A DNA stretch of 64,000 nt, taken from the NCBI GenBank assembly GCA_963806005.1, contig CAWDWJ010000008.1:276531-340530 (forward strand). Reading direction: 5' to 3'. The position numbers and the translations under genes are program-made. The notes under the pieces are model-generated. The model was given only the letters and a program-made list of their open reading frames with translations, ran no database searches and was not told where the DNA came from. This DNA is from Vulcanimicrobiota bacterium (GTDB taxonomy: Bacteria > Vulcanimicrobiota > Vulcanimicrobiia > Eremiobacterales > Eremiobacteraceae). Shown one piece after another: positions 7,800 through 16,242 of the stretch (its first letter is position 1; each line of letters opens with the position of its first letter).

Positions 7800-9206
7800 G
7801 TGCTGGCACTGTTCGTCATCCTCTTCGTCGTGGTGGTCTATGCGGGTGCACGTGCCGTGCTGCTCACCGCCGCCGCCGACCGCATCACGACCGTCGCCGT
7901 CCAGGTGGAGCGCGAGCTGCAGACCCTTTCGGCGAACCCCTTCGGCGCCGTCTCGACCCGCACTGCCCTCGCCGATCAGAGCTTCCTTGACGGCTTTTCA
8001 GGCGGCGGTCTCTTCATCGAAGCCTTCAATCAGTACCGCCGCCCTATCGGCAAGAGCACAAACCTCGGCACAAGCGATCTCCCCGCGACGCTCGAGCAAC
8101 CATGGAAGCCCCACTCAGCGGTGGACCACCCCGGGGCCTGGGGGTTCTCAAACATCCCAGGCGGTCGCATGCTCGTCAACGTGCAGAGCCTGCGCAGTGC
8201 CGGACGTGTCGAAGCCACCGTCTCCATCGCCGAGTCGCTCGGCACCATGGACGCCATCCTCAAGGGGTTTCGCAACTTCCTCATCCTCGGTCTGCTCGTC
8301 GCGCTTGGTTTCATCGTCATCGCGAGCGTGTCGTTGGCGCGCGCCGCGCTGGGCCCGATCGGTCACATCACTCGTGCTGCGCAGGAGATCGGTGGCGACG
8401 ATCTCGCCAAGCGTTTGAACTGGACGGGGCGAGGCGACGAGCTGGGCGCGCTCGCCCAAACTTTCGACGAGATGCTTGCGCGGCTTGAAGCCGCGTTCGC
8501 CCGCGAACGGCGCTTCATCGCCGATGCGTCGCACGAGCTCAAGACGCCGTTGACCGTCATCAACGCCAACGCGCAGATGCTTGCACGGTGGGGCGCGCAC
8601 GATCCGACGATCATGGGAGAAGCGCTGTCCACGATCGAGACGGAGAGCGCGACGATGGCCCGGGTCATCAACGCCATGTTGACGCTCGCCAAGACCGACA
8701 ACCCGGAGGCGCTGACCTTCGAGACGGTGGATCTGAGCCGCGTGGTGCGCGAGGTCGGGACCGCGCTTGCGCCCACGGCCCAGGCCAAAGGCGTGGCGCT
8801 CGACGTTGCCGTCGACCCGAGCAGCGAGGTGTGCGTCCGCGGCGAGCCGGGTCTGTTGCGCCAGCTCGTCACAAACCTCACCGAGAACGCGATCAAGTTC
8901 ACCGACAAAGGCTCAGTGCAGCTCGCCGCCGGACTCCACGATGGCCACGCACGCCTCACCGTGCGTGATTCTGGGCGGGGCATTTCGCCGGACGCACAAG
9001 CGCACGTCTTCGAGCGCTTCTACCGCGCGGATCCGGCCCGATCGCGCGACATCGAGGGCACGGGCCTCGGACTTGCGGTGGTCAGCAATATCGTGCGGGT
9101 GCATGGCGGCAGCGTGAACGTCGACAGCCGGATCGGTGAAGGGACCACATTCACCGTCGACCTGCCGCTTGCGGGGCCCTCCGAGACGTCCCCGCCTGCG
9201 AGTTGA
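7800..9206 (+). CDS. sensor histidine kinase (TM-sensor-TM-HAMP-HisKA-HATPase)
   Basis: H-box FIADASHELKTPL, N-box TNLTENAIKF, G-box GTGLGLAVV. GTG at 7800 is the first canonical start, but a kinase-like N-terminus continues in frame upstream (see findings). Confidence 0.9.
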   Translation: MLALFVILFVVVVYAGARAVLLTAAADRITTVAVQVERELQTLSANPFGAVSTRTALADQSFLDGFSGGGLFIEAFNQYRRPIGKSTNLGTSDLPATLEQPWKPHSAVDHPGAWGFSNIPGGRMLVNVQSLRSAGRVEATVSIAESLGTMDAILKGFRNFLILGLLVALGFIVIASVSLARAALGPIGHITRAAQEIGGDDLAKRLNWTGRGDELGALAQTFDEMLARLEAAFARERRFIADASHELKTPLTVINANAQMLARWGAHDPTIMGEALSTIETESATMARVINAMLTLAKTDNPEALTFETVDLSRVVREVGTALAPTAQAKGVALDVAVDPSSEVCVRGEPGLLRQLVTNLTENAIKFTDKGSVQLAAGLHDGHARLTVRDSGRGISPDAQAHVFERFYRADPARSRDIEGTGLGLAVVSNIVRVHGGSVNVDSRIGEGTTFTVDLPLAGPSETSPPAS

Positions 9207-9313
9207 GCGGCGCGTTTCTCATACACCCCTCATCTGAGCCTTACGGGGTGCTCATGCGCTTGAGCCGATGGTCCGGGTAGTATGAGGAAGAGCGCTCCCC
9301 AAAGCCCGCCAGG

Positions 9314-10300
9314 GTGACTCGCCCCGTCATGCACAAAACGCTGTCCGCCGCCGTCCTGCTCGCCGCCATGCTCGCGCCGCTGTCGGGAGCGCTGCCGCGT
9401 GCCGCGCTCGCCGATGACGTCGTGGCCACGCAGACGCCACCCGTCCTCACCGTGCACTCGACCGGCGGCACGATCACCATCACGTCGAGCGACGATGCGG
9501 CCGTTCGCGTCACCTCAGGGCCAGCTGCTCAGCAGATACGCGTCAACCGGTTCGACCCGAGCCAGATGGGAACCGCACGCATCATGCTGCCCGAGCGATT
9601 CGTGCGCCGGCCGTACGGCCACGGTTATCGCGTGTATCGCCTGCCGGCCCGTCAGTTCAACGTGCCTATGGGGCGCTTCGGCAGCGAGGGCGTCAACGTC
9701 GAGAACCCCGGAGGAGATATGTCGATCGCGATACCCAAGCACGTCGGCGCGGTGTTCATCAACGCCGACGCGGGCAACGTGGCGATCGAGAAGATGCGCG
9801 GACCGTTCATCATCTCGGCCACCGGCGGCGAGGTGCGGATGACCGATGTCGTCGGCCGGGGCCTCGTGCGCACGACGACCGGTGACGTCACGCTCGGTGG
9901 GGTCGGCGGCGACATGCACGTGCAGACAGCGAGCGGCACCGTCACGGTCTACGGCAGCTCGGCGAACAGCGTCGACGTGCAGACCGACAACGGCCCAATC
10001 ACCTGGCGATTCGCTCGTTGCGGCACGGGCGTCTATCGTTTCCATTCCAATGGAGGATCGATCCGTTTGGGCTTTCGAGCCGGCGCGGCTGCGCAGGTGG
10101 ACGCACAGAGCGATACCGGAACGGTGCAGACCCTCTTCCCCGGCTCCCCCGGGACGGGGACGGCCGTCGTGAACCAATCGTCGCAGCATGCGCTCTCCAT
10201 GGCCGTGAATGGCGGTGGCCCTGAGATCACCGTCACGACGACGAGCGGCGACATCACGCTCGAGCCGGTCAGCGAACCATTACCGACACGCTCGCCCTAG
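9314..10300 (+). CDS. DUF4097-type beta-strand repeat protein, secreted
   Basis: Signal peptide followed by repeated G-D/E-V-x-h units (GGEVRMTDV, TGDVTLGGV, SGTVTVYG, SGDITLEP). Confidence 0.7.
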   Translation: MTRPVMHKTLSAAVLLAAMLAPLSGALPRAALADDVVATQTPPVLTVHSTGGTITITSSDDAAVRVTSGPAAQQIRVNRFDPSQMGTARIMLPERFVRRPYGHGYRVYRLPARQFNVPMGRFGSEGVNVENPGGDMSIAIPKHVGAVFINADAGNVAIEKMRGPFIISATGGEVRMTDVVGRGLVRTTTGDVTLGGVGGDMHVQTASGTVTVYGSSANSVDVQTDNGPITWRFARCGTGVYRFHSNGGSIRLGFRAGAAAQVDAQSDTGTVQTLFPGSPGTGTAVVNQSSQHALSMAVNGGGPEITVTTTSGDITLEPVSEPLPTRSP

Positions 10301-10355
10301 CGGGCGACGACCGTCATCGAGGTCGCCATGCGACCGCTCGCGTAGTGGGAGTCAG

Positions 10356-11189
10356 ATGGCTCACGTGACGCCCATTCGCCGGAACGTCGTGATCGGCGGC
10401 GATGAGATCTCCTACCTCGAAGCAGGGCGAGGATCGCCGCTTGTGCTGCTGCATGGCGTCGGCCACTCGTCGACGGCGTGGCTGCGCTGCTTCCCGGCGC
10501 TCGCGCGCCACCACCGGGTCCTCGCGCCGGACCTCCCAGGTCACGGCCATAGCGCGGCTCCGCAAGCCCACTTCGACCCCCCGTTCTTCGCCCGTTTCAC
10601 GCAAGCGTTCATCTCAACGCTCGGGCTTGAGCGCGTCGACGCCGCCGGCAACTCGCTTGGCGGCTTGACCGCGCTGCTCGCCGCCCTCGATCAGCCTGCT
10701 GTGTTCCGCAGGCTCGTGCTTGCCGATCCGCTCGGTTTCACGAAGCCGCCCGTGCCGCCGCTTGACGACGCGGTGCTCCACATCATCGGGCTGTGGCTGT
10801 CGTTCCCGCGCACGCGCGCGCTCGTCCGCGCCGGCTATGCCGCAAGCTTTTTCGACGCCAAAAAACTCGATGAGGCTTCGGTCGATGAGATCGCCGCGCG
10901 ATCGATGGACGCCTCGCGGATGGACGCTGCTCGACGCACGCTTCGCGAGGCCTTCCATTACTCCAAGCATCTCGTGCCCCTGCACGAGCGGCTATCGCAT
11001 CTCGAGCAGCCCACGCTTGTCATCTGGGGCAAGAACGACCCTGTCCTTCCATCCAAGGACGCCGAGACCGCGCGGCGGGTATTGCCCGCCCCGCGCATCG
11101 AAGTGCTCGAGCGTTGCGGGCACTGTCCGCACGTCGAACAGTTCGAGGCCTTTTGCGCACTGGTGCTGGATTTTTTGGACGCGCCGTGA
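10356..11189 (+). CDS. alpha/beta hydrolase
   Basis: Start MAHVTPIRR (ATG 10356, RBS GTGGGAG). LVLLHGVGHS oxyanion region, nucleophile elbow GNSLGG, C-terminal CGHCPHVE. Confidence 0.8.
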   Translation: MAHVTPIRRNVVIGGDEISYLEAGRGSPLVLLHGVGHSSTAWLRCFPALARHHRVLAPDLPGHGHSAAPQAHFDPPFFARFTQAFISTLGLERVDAAGNSLGGLTALLAALDQPAVFRRLVLADPLGFTKPPVPPLDDAVLHIIGLWLSFPRTRALVRAGYAASFFDAKKLDEASVDEIAARSMDASRMDAARRTLREAFHYSKHLVPLHERLSHLEQPTLVIWGKNDPVLPSKDAETARRVLPAPRIEVLERCGHCPHVEQFEAFCALVLDFLDAP

Positions 11190-12502
11190 GATCGATCGTC
11201 GCCGGACTGCTCTTCGCCGTGTCGTTCACGGCGGCCGCGCACGCGCAAACCCCTTCCAGCCCGACCCCGGTGCCATCGGCCTCTGCGAGCCCCAATCCGA
11301 CATCAAGCGGTCCGACGGCAACGCCGATTGCTACGGTCTCTCCCACACAGCGACCAATCGTGCCGCCCCGCGATGCGCCCCCCGTTCGGTCCACCACGCC
11401 GCCGATCGCGCCCGCCACCTCGCCGCCACCGCCGCCTCCACCCGACAACATGTGGCTCGGCAGCAGCGCCGCGATCAGCGTCCCCTTGACGATGCACGCC
11501 GAGCGCCCGTTCGTCCAAGTCTTGATCGACGGGCACCCGGCCACGTTCGTCGTCGATACGGGTGCGGTCTCATCCATGATCGAGAGCACCGAGGTGGACG
11601 GTGATCCGCACCCACCCGTGATCTCGTTGCAGATCGGTGAACTGCGCTTCCCTCGGCTTGCGGTGATCCGCGCCAACGTGCGATCGTATGCCGAGACGTA
11701 TCTCGGCGCCCCAGCGGACGGGATCATCGGCCGCGACCTGCTTGCGCGATATCCGGTCATGCTGGATTTTCCCGGTCATTCGCTGACCGTCTTCCGTGAC
11801 AGCCAAAGCGCAGCGGCCGCGCAGGCTCCCGGCGCCGTTTCGATCCCGCTGCACGTCATCGGTGGGTTGCCGGCGGTGGAGGGCTCGCTCGATGCTCAGC
11901 CGCCGTTGTGGTTCGCGCTGGCCACGGGAGCGAGTTACCAGATGCAACTCGCGCCGTCGGCCGACCATGCGAGCCGCTATGACAGCGAGCGCTCGCTGCC
12001 GTTTCTGGAAGCGACGCCCACAGACGAGGTCTCCGGTGTGCTCGTTCGAGCGCACGCCCTGACCGTCGGATCGTTGACTTTCAACCAGCCGCTGCTCGTG
12101 CTTCTCGACGTGCACCGCGCCGCCCCGGCGGCGGAACTGGCCGGGGCGCTGGGCGCGATGCTGCTCTCACGTGTCGGCGTGTTCATCGATGAGTTGGCGG
12201 GAAATGCCGCGATCGTCGCCCCGGCGGGCGCCACCGCAGCGCGCTTGTACGATCCAAGCGGCATCACGCTGCTCATGCGCCGTGGCACGATCGTCGTGCG
12301 CGGGGTCGCGCCGGGAACGCCCGCAGATCTCGCGCACATCCGCCCGGGCGATGAGCTCGTCTCTATCAATGGTCTTGTGCCCGCCACGCTTGAGTTCGCC
12401 CGCGAGCTGCTTGACGGCAGCCCAGGGACAAAGGTCGTCGTCGCCTTCCGGCGCTGGCACATCACGCACTCGGCGACTTTGACTTTGCACGTGATCATCT
12501 GA
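11186..12502 (+). CDS. secreted retropepsin-like aspartyl protease with C-terminal PDZ domain
   Basis: GTG at 11186 overlaps the preceding stop. Signal peptide, Pro-rich linker, D-T-G motif (FVVDTGAVSS), a second lobe with A-T-G (FALATGASY), and a PDZ-like tail (GVAPGTPADLAHIRPGDELVSING). Confidence 0.7.
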   Translation: MRSIVAGLLFAVSFTAAAHAQTPSSPTPVPSASASPNPTSSGPTATPIATVSPTQRPIVPPRDAPPVRSTTPPIAPATSPPPPPPPDNMWLGSSAAISVPLTMHAERPFVQVLIDGHPATFVVDTGAVSSMIESTEVDGDPHPPVISLQIGELRFPRLAVIRANVRSYAETYLGAPADGIIGRDLLARYPVMLDFPGHSLTVFRDSQSAAAAQAPGAVSIPLHVIGGLPAVEGSLDAQPPLWFALATGASYQMQLAPSADHASRYDSERSLPFLEATPTDEVSGVLVRAHALTVGSLTFNQPLLVLLDVHRAAPAAELAGALGAMLLSRVGVFIDELAGNAAIVAPAGATAARLYDPSGITLLMRRGTIVVRGVAPGTPADLAHIRPGDELVSINGLVPATLEFARELLDGSPGTKVVVAFRRWHITHSATLTLHVII

Positions 12503-13260
12503 TGATCCGGGTCCGCGATTTGGGCCACGTACGCATCGAGAGGGTGGAGTTCCCAAGCGCAGAGGGCACGGTGCGCGGCCTCGTGTATTCGGGCGGGCCT
12601 TCGGCGACCTGCGTCGTCTTGGCCCATGGCTACTCCTCGAGCAAGCACAATGTGGACGCGCTTGCTTTTTACCTCGCGACGGAGGGCGTCACCTCGCTGG
12701 CTTTCGACTTCTTGGGGCACAAGCTGGGCTCGAGTTCGCTTCCCCTCCGCTCTCCGCAGGATCTGCGCGCAAACGTGCTCGACGCAGTCGCCCACGCGCG
12801 CACGCTCCCAGGCGTGCGCCAGATCGTCGCCTGTGGCCACAGCATGGGAGCGGCCGCTTCGATCGGCGCCGCCGTGGAATCGAGCAGTATCGACGGCGTC
12901 ATCGCGATGTGCACGGCGTTCGGACGTAACTCGGCGCTCAACCGCTCGTCCATGGTGGGAGGCCTGCGCAATCGCGCGGCCTACGTCGATGGTCCGTCGC
13001 CCGACGAGCTCACCCAGACCATGGACACCTATACGCACCGGGTGGCTGAGATTGCACCACGGCCGCTGCTGGTCATCGCTGGAAGCAAGGACTCGATCGT
13101 CGCGCCATCGGCCGTCCGGGAGCTTTTCGACGCGGCGAAGGAGCCCAAGACCTTCGAGCTCATCGAAGCGACGCACACCGACTGCGCCGAGCGGGCGAAA
13201 TTTGTGGTACTGCGCTGGCTGCGGGCGCGAGGCTTCTCGCCGCCGCGGTCGAACGCCTGA
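12502..13260 (+). CDS. alpha/beta hydrolase (dienelactone-hydrolase-like)
   Basis: VVLAHGYSSS and nucleophile elbow GHSMGAA. Start is adjacent to the preceding stop. Confidence 0.75.
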   Translation: MIRVRDLGHVRIERVEFPSAEGTVRGLVYSGGPSATCVVLAHGYSSSKHNVDALAFYLATEGVTSLAFDFLGHKLGSSSLPLRSPQDLRANVLDAVAHARTLPGVRQIVACGHSMGAAASIGAAVESSSIDGVIAMCTAFGRNSALNRSSMVGGLRNRAAYVDGPSPDELTQTMDTYTHRVAEIAPRPLLVIAGSKDSIVAPSAVRELFDAAKEPKTFELIEATHTDCAERAKFVVLRWLRARGFSPPRSNA

Positions 13261-13277
13261 CCGCGACGCACTTCAAA

Positions 13278-13303
13278 TGAAGCAACGGACCTTGAGGTCC
13301 GTT
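13278..13303 (+). promoter_or_regulatory. palindromic hairpin/operator-like element, copy 2
   Basis: TGAAGCAACGGACCTTGAGGTCCGTT, 15 nt upstream of the 13318 start. Differs from copy 1 only in the loop. Confidence 0.4.
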
Positions 13304-13317
13304 CCGGGAGGCAAGGC

Positions 13318-14010
13318 GTGTCGATGATGAAGACGGTTTTTGCGTTCGTGTCGATCGCGGTGGTCGCTCTCGCGGTCACTGGATTCTCGCATGCCGGCGC
13401 AGACCGCGCGACGATGGCTATCGCGGCGGCACAGGCGCCGACGCCGACGGTTTCCGTCACCACCTTGCCAGCGATGCCGGGCACGCCGACCAAGTCGCCG
13501 GCAACGCCGGCCCCGACGCAGGAGCCGGTCATGCCTCTTATCACCCCAGTGCCGACCGTTGCGCCGACACCCGGTGGCGTGCCGACGCCCCCACCGGTCG
13601 GCGTGGCCTACATTCAGGTCATGGGTCAGGTCTCAAATCCGGTCAACCTGACGCTCGGCCAGCTGCAGCACATGAAGGCGCTGTCGCTGACGCTGCACTT
13701 CCATACGTATACCGGCGTGCCGCTGAACGAGATCCTCGCGCTTGCGCAGCCGACGTTTTCAGACGATCCCGAGACACTCATGCGCAAGTACGTCTACTTC
13801 CAGGGCTTTGACGGCAAGAGCGCGATCTTGAGCTTCCCGGAGTTTTCCAAGCAGTTCAACGGCCAGCTTGTCCTACTCGCCTATCTGGTCGACCTCAAAG
13901 ACGTCAAGCAGCCTGGTTTCGCACAGCTCGTCGTGCAGGGTGACAAGTCGCAAGCCCGCTTCATCAAGGTGGCGCGTATCATCATCGGCGAGCCCGCCAC
14001 GCCGCACTAG
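13318..14010 (+). CDS. secreted protein with Pro/Thr linker and a molybdopterin-oxidoreductase-like (Oxidored_molyb-type) domain
   Basis: Signal peptide, PT-rich linker, then a pattern recalled from YedY/MsrP-like domains (NLTLGQL ... GVPLNEIL ... LLAY ... QLVVQGD). The domain assignment is from memory only. Confidence 0.55.
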   Translation: MSMMKTVFAFVSIAVVALAVTGFSHAGADRATMAIAAAQAPTPTVSVTTLPAMPGTPTKSPATPAPTQEPVMPLITPVPTVAPTPGGVPTPPPVGVAYIQVMGQVSNPVNLTLGQLQHMKALSLTLHFHTYTGVPLNEILALAQPTFSDDPETLMRKYVYFQGFDGKSAILSFPEFSKQFNGQLVLLAYLVDLKDVKQPGFAQLVVQGDKSQARFIKVARIIIGEPATPH

Positions 14011-14046
14011 TCGCAGGCATCCCGTCTTCAGCACCGGGAAACGAGC

Positions 14047-14080
14047 GGGCGTCTGGAGTAACCAGACGCCCGACCTTCTT
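14047..14080 (+). terminator. terminator hairpin after 13318-14010
   Basis: 10-bp perfect stem GGGCGTCTGG / CCAGACGCCC with loop AGTAA, followed by a T-rich tract. Confidence 0.6.
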
Positions 14081-14081
14081 T

Positions 14082-14157
14082 GGGGATGTAGCTCAGCTGG
14101 TAGAGCGCTTGCTTCGCATGTAAGAGGCCAGGGGTTCGAGTCCCCTCATCTCCACCA
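14082..14157 (+). tRNA. tRNA-Ala (anticodon CGC), CCA encoded
   Basis: Folded by hand into a 76-nt cloverleaf: acceptor GGGGATG/CATCTCC with the G3:U70 alanine identity pair, D arm GCTC/GAGC, anticodon stem CTTGC/GTAAG, loop TTCGCAT, T arm AGGGG-TTCGAGT-CCCCT. Confidence 0.95.
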
Positions 14158-14195
14158 CAGTCGCGCCTACGGCTAACAATCCTTGGCAGCACGCA

Positions 14196-14852
14196 TTACA
14201 GGATCGTCTCCGTGAGTGGCCCCCAGTTCCCCATGTTCTTTGAGGAACCGATAAGCATCTCAACTGGCCATTTCGATCCGGAAAGTACAAATCCGGTCGC
14301 ACGAGTATAACCCTCCATCAGTACGATGTCCCCGCCGACTCGGACTGCCACTGGCATTGCGTACTTTTTCCCTTGCTGGTAGTCGCGTGCAACGCTGCGA
14401 ACGTTTGCGACCAATTCATGTAACCTTTTAGTCTCTGACTGGGAGAGGCCGTAATTGGACGAGATCGATCCGATATCGTTACGGGCAATGGCGTCAACGG
14501 CCACCGATATCAACTGCGTGTATCGACTTACTTGGATCCATTCGATGATTTTTGCGTAACGCAAGTTCTTGAGCGGCTCGGGCGACAATGAGTACCGCAC
14601 CCACAGTGTGTCATACGGGAATCCCTTGAAGAACCTTGTATTCGGATAACCGCGATAATGTCCAAGCACTGCTGCACGGACGGCATTTTGTTTGACATCG
14701 TTCGGATCACCGTTGTCGATGAGGTCCTCGCGCGTGGAATTTTTTGAAGCGAGGGCGCCAGCAACATGAGATCCAAAACGCGGCGAGTCGACCTCCGCTC
14801 GCAGGAACTCCAGCACCATTTCGTCGGCCGTGGCGGGAGCAATCAATTGCAT
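14196..14852 (-). CDS. hypothetical protein (module 1 cargo)
   Basis: 218-aa ORF in a visibly lower-G+C stretch right next to the tRNA. No family recognised, and no tyrosine- or serine-recombinase motifs. Confidence 0.6.
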   Translation of the reverse strand: MQLIAPATADEMVLEFLRAEVDSPRFGSHVAGALASKNSTREDLIDNGDPNDVKQNAVRAAVLGHYRGYPNTRFFKGFPYDTLWVRYSLSPEPLKNLRYAKIIEWIQVSRYTQLISVAVDAIARNDIGSISSNYGLSQSETKRLHELVANVRSVARDYQQGKKYAMPVAVRVGGDIVLMEGYTRATGFVLSGSKWPVEMLIGSSKNMGNWGPLTETIL

Positions 14853-14975
14853 ACTTTAGGACCATCTATTTCTTGTCCAACATACTTCAGGACCGCGTTT
14901 TGCGTTGACCTGCCGATCAGTATTAGCAAACCGGACCAACATGAACGTCGCGCCCATTCTCCTAGCGCGAGTCAA

Positions 14976-15986
14976 CTAGTATGTCACCTGAACCAAGAAC
15001 TCTCCGCTCCACTTGGTTTCAAGGTTAGCGTTACCCCAGGCGCTCTGTCCGACATACATGTCTGTGATTTGCCAGTCTGCAGGGTCTGTATCCATCATCC
15101 CACCGGGAGAGCCCCCACTGATGAGAGCTCTTAAGCGCGGGGCGATGTTAATGCCATCCATCGTAATTGAGTCCCCTGGATTGAGGAGACTATGTCCATA
15201 GCTGGTGATGGGGTCACCAATACAGTACGGATTTGTGAGTTGGCAAAAGAATTCACCACGAGAGCCAGTGTAACAGCCTGCCCCCGTGTCGGTGCCTGGA
15301 TAGCATTCTGAACCGAGTTCCAGTTGGTAAAAAAGGGTTTGGCCTCTTGCGGAGCTGAGAATGAGAGACGCTATGACCTGACTTTGATTGACCCCGCATT
15401 CAACGCTCGATGCGGATTGGGATGCTGCTACCAATGTCACGGTTCCTTGGAAGTTAATGGCTGTAATCTCTTTTAAAGTAGGGTCGACTCCCGGATAAAT
15501 AGCACTCGGGTTTGTCCGGACGAAAGTTGGGTCGTTTGGCTGAAGAAAGAAATCAAACTCTTGGAAGTGGCCGCAGTCAGTTGTTGCGGTTTGACCCAAG
15601 GTAGTTGAAATCCATGCTCCTGTAGTGGGATTACGTTCAAAAGACACTGACATTGGATCATAGGCCATTGCCAAAGTGGATGAGGTGTATAGTTCCTCAG
15701 TCGTCGAAGGATTTGTAATGCTAAAGGGCTTCCAAATTACTCCGTCCTGCTGGCCCCACGATAGGACATTCCAATTAGCTCCACCGCCCGTTGAATATGC
15801 GACTTGAAAAGGGGGCTGGGTTTCAAGGAGAGCAAAGTTGTTTGTGGCCAAGAATGGTTCTACAGTGCAGTTTGTGCAATCCGTTACCAGAGGCGGTGCT
15901 GGAGTCTGCGGCGGACCTGGGATGACGCCGTGGCCACAGGCGACCAGAACCGTCCCTGCTACTAACGCGATGATAAACCGGTACAT
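14976..15986 (-). CDS. hypothetical Cys-rich lipoprotein (module 1 cargo)
   Basis: Start MYRFIIALVAGTVLVAC (lipobox; CAT at 15984-15986; RBS GGGAGGG 4-5 nt upstream). About 10 Cys in the mature part. No family recognised. Confidence 0.65.
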   Translation of the reverse strand: MYRFIIALVAGTVLVACGHGVIPGPPQTPAPPLVTDCTNCTVEPFLATNNFALLETQPPFQVAYSTGGGANWNVLSWGQQDGVIWKPFSITNPSTTEELYTSSTLAMAYDPMSVSFERNPTTGAWISTTLGQTATTDCGHFQEFDFFLQPNDPTFVRTNPSAIYPGVDPTLKEITAINFQGTVTLVAASQSASSVECGVNQSQVIASLILSSARGQTLFYQLELGSECYPGTDTGAGCYTGSRGEFFCQLTNPYCIGDPITSYGHSLLNPGDSITMDGINIAPRLRALISGGSPGGMMDTDPADWQITDMYVGQSAWGNANLETKWSGEFLVQVTY

Positions 15987-16156
15987 ATGCCCTCCCTTGA
16001 GCCCAGCGGCGTACCGCGCCAAGCGCTACCCGCCATCGGATCAGCCCAATCGTAACCACCAGCGGTAAACGCATCGTAAAATTCAAATCTTTGTACCGCC
16101 TGGCGTGACACGGACATCAACTCTCAAAGCGAAGCCTTGTGGGAGCACCCCATACC

Positions 16157-16221
16157 TGCATCAGGTTCTTGAAGTTAATTCGCATGTAAGAGGCCAGGGG
16201 TTCGAGTCCCCTCATCTCCAC
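16157..16221 (+). repeat. att-like repeat A: tRNA-Ala 3' half (16179-16221) with only about 22 bp of the conserved arm
   Basis: 43/43 identity to tRNA positions 14113-14155. The arm is limited to the CATCAGG..TTAA-proximal part; no heptamer block. Confidence 0.85.
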
Positions 16222-16242
16222 TCTTGGGTTGCGCTTTCGAGT

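Noticed and set aside
14196-14852. The gene adjacent to the tRNA, considered as the expected island integrase.
   Set aside because: The translation shows none of the tyrosine-recombinase R..HxxR..Y pattern and no serine-recombinase N-terminal motif. It is kept as a hypothetical protein.
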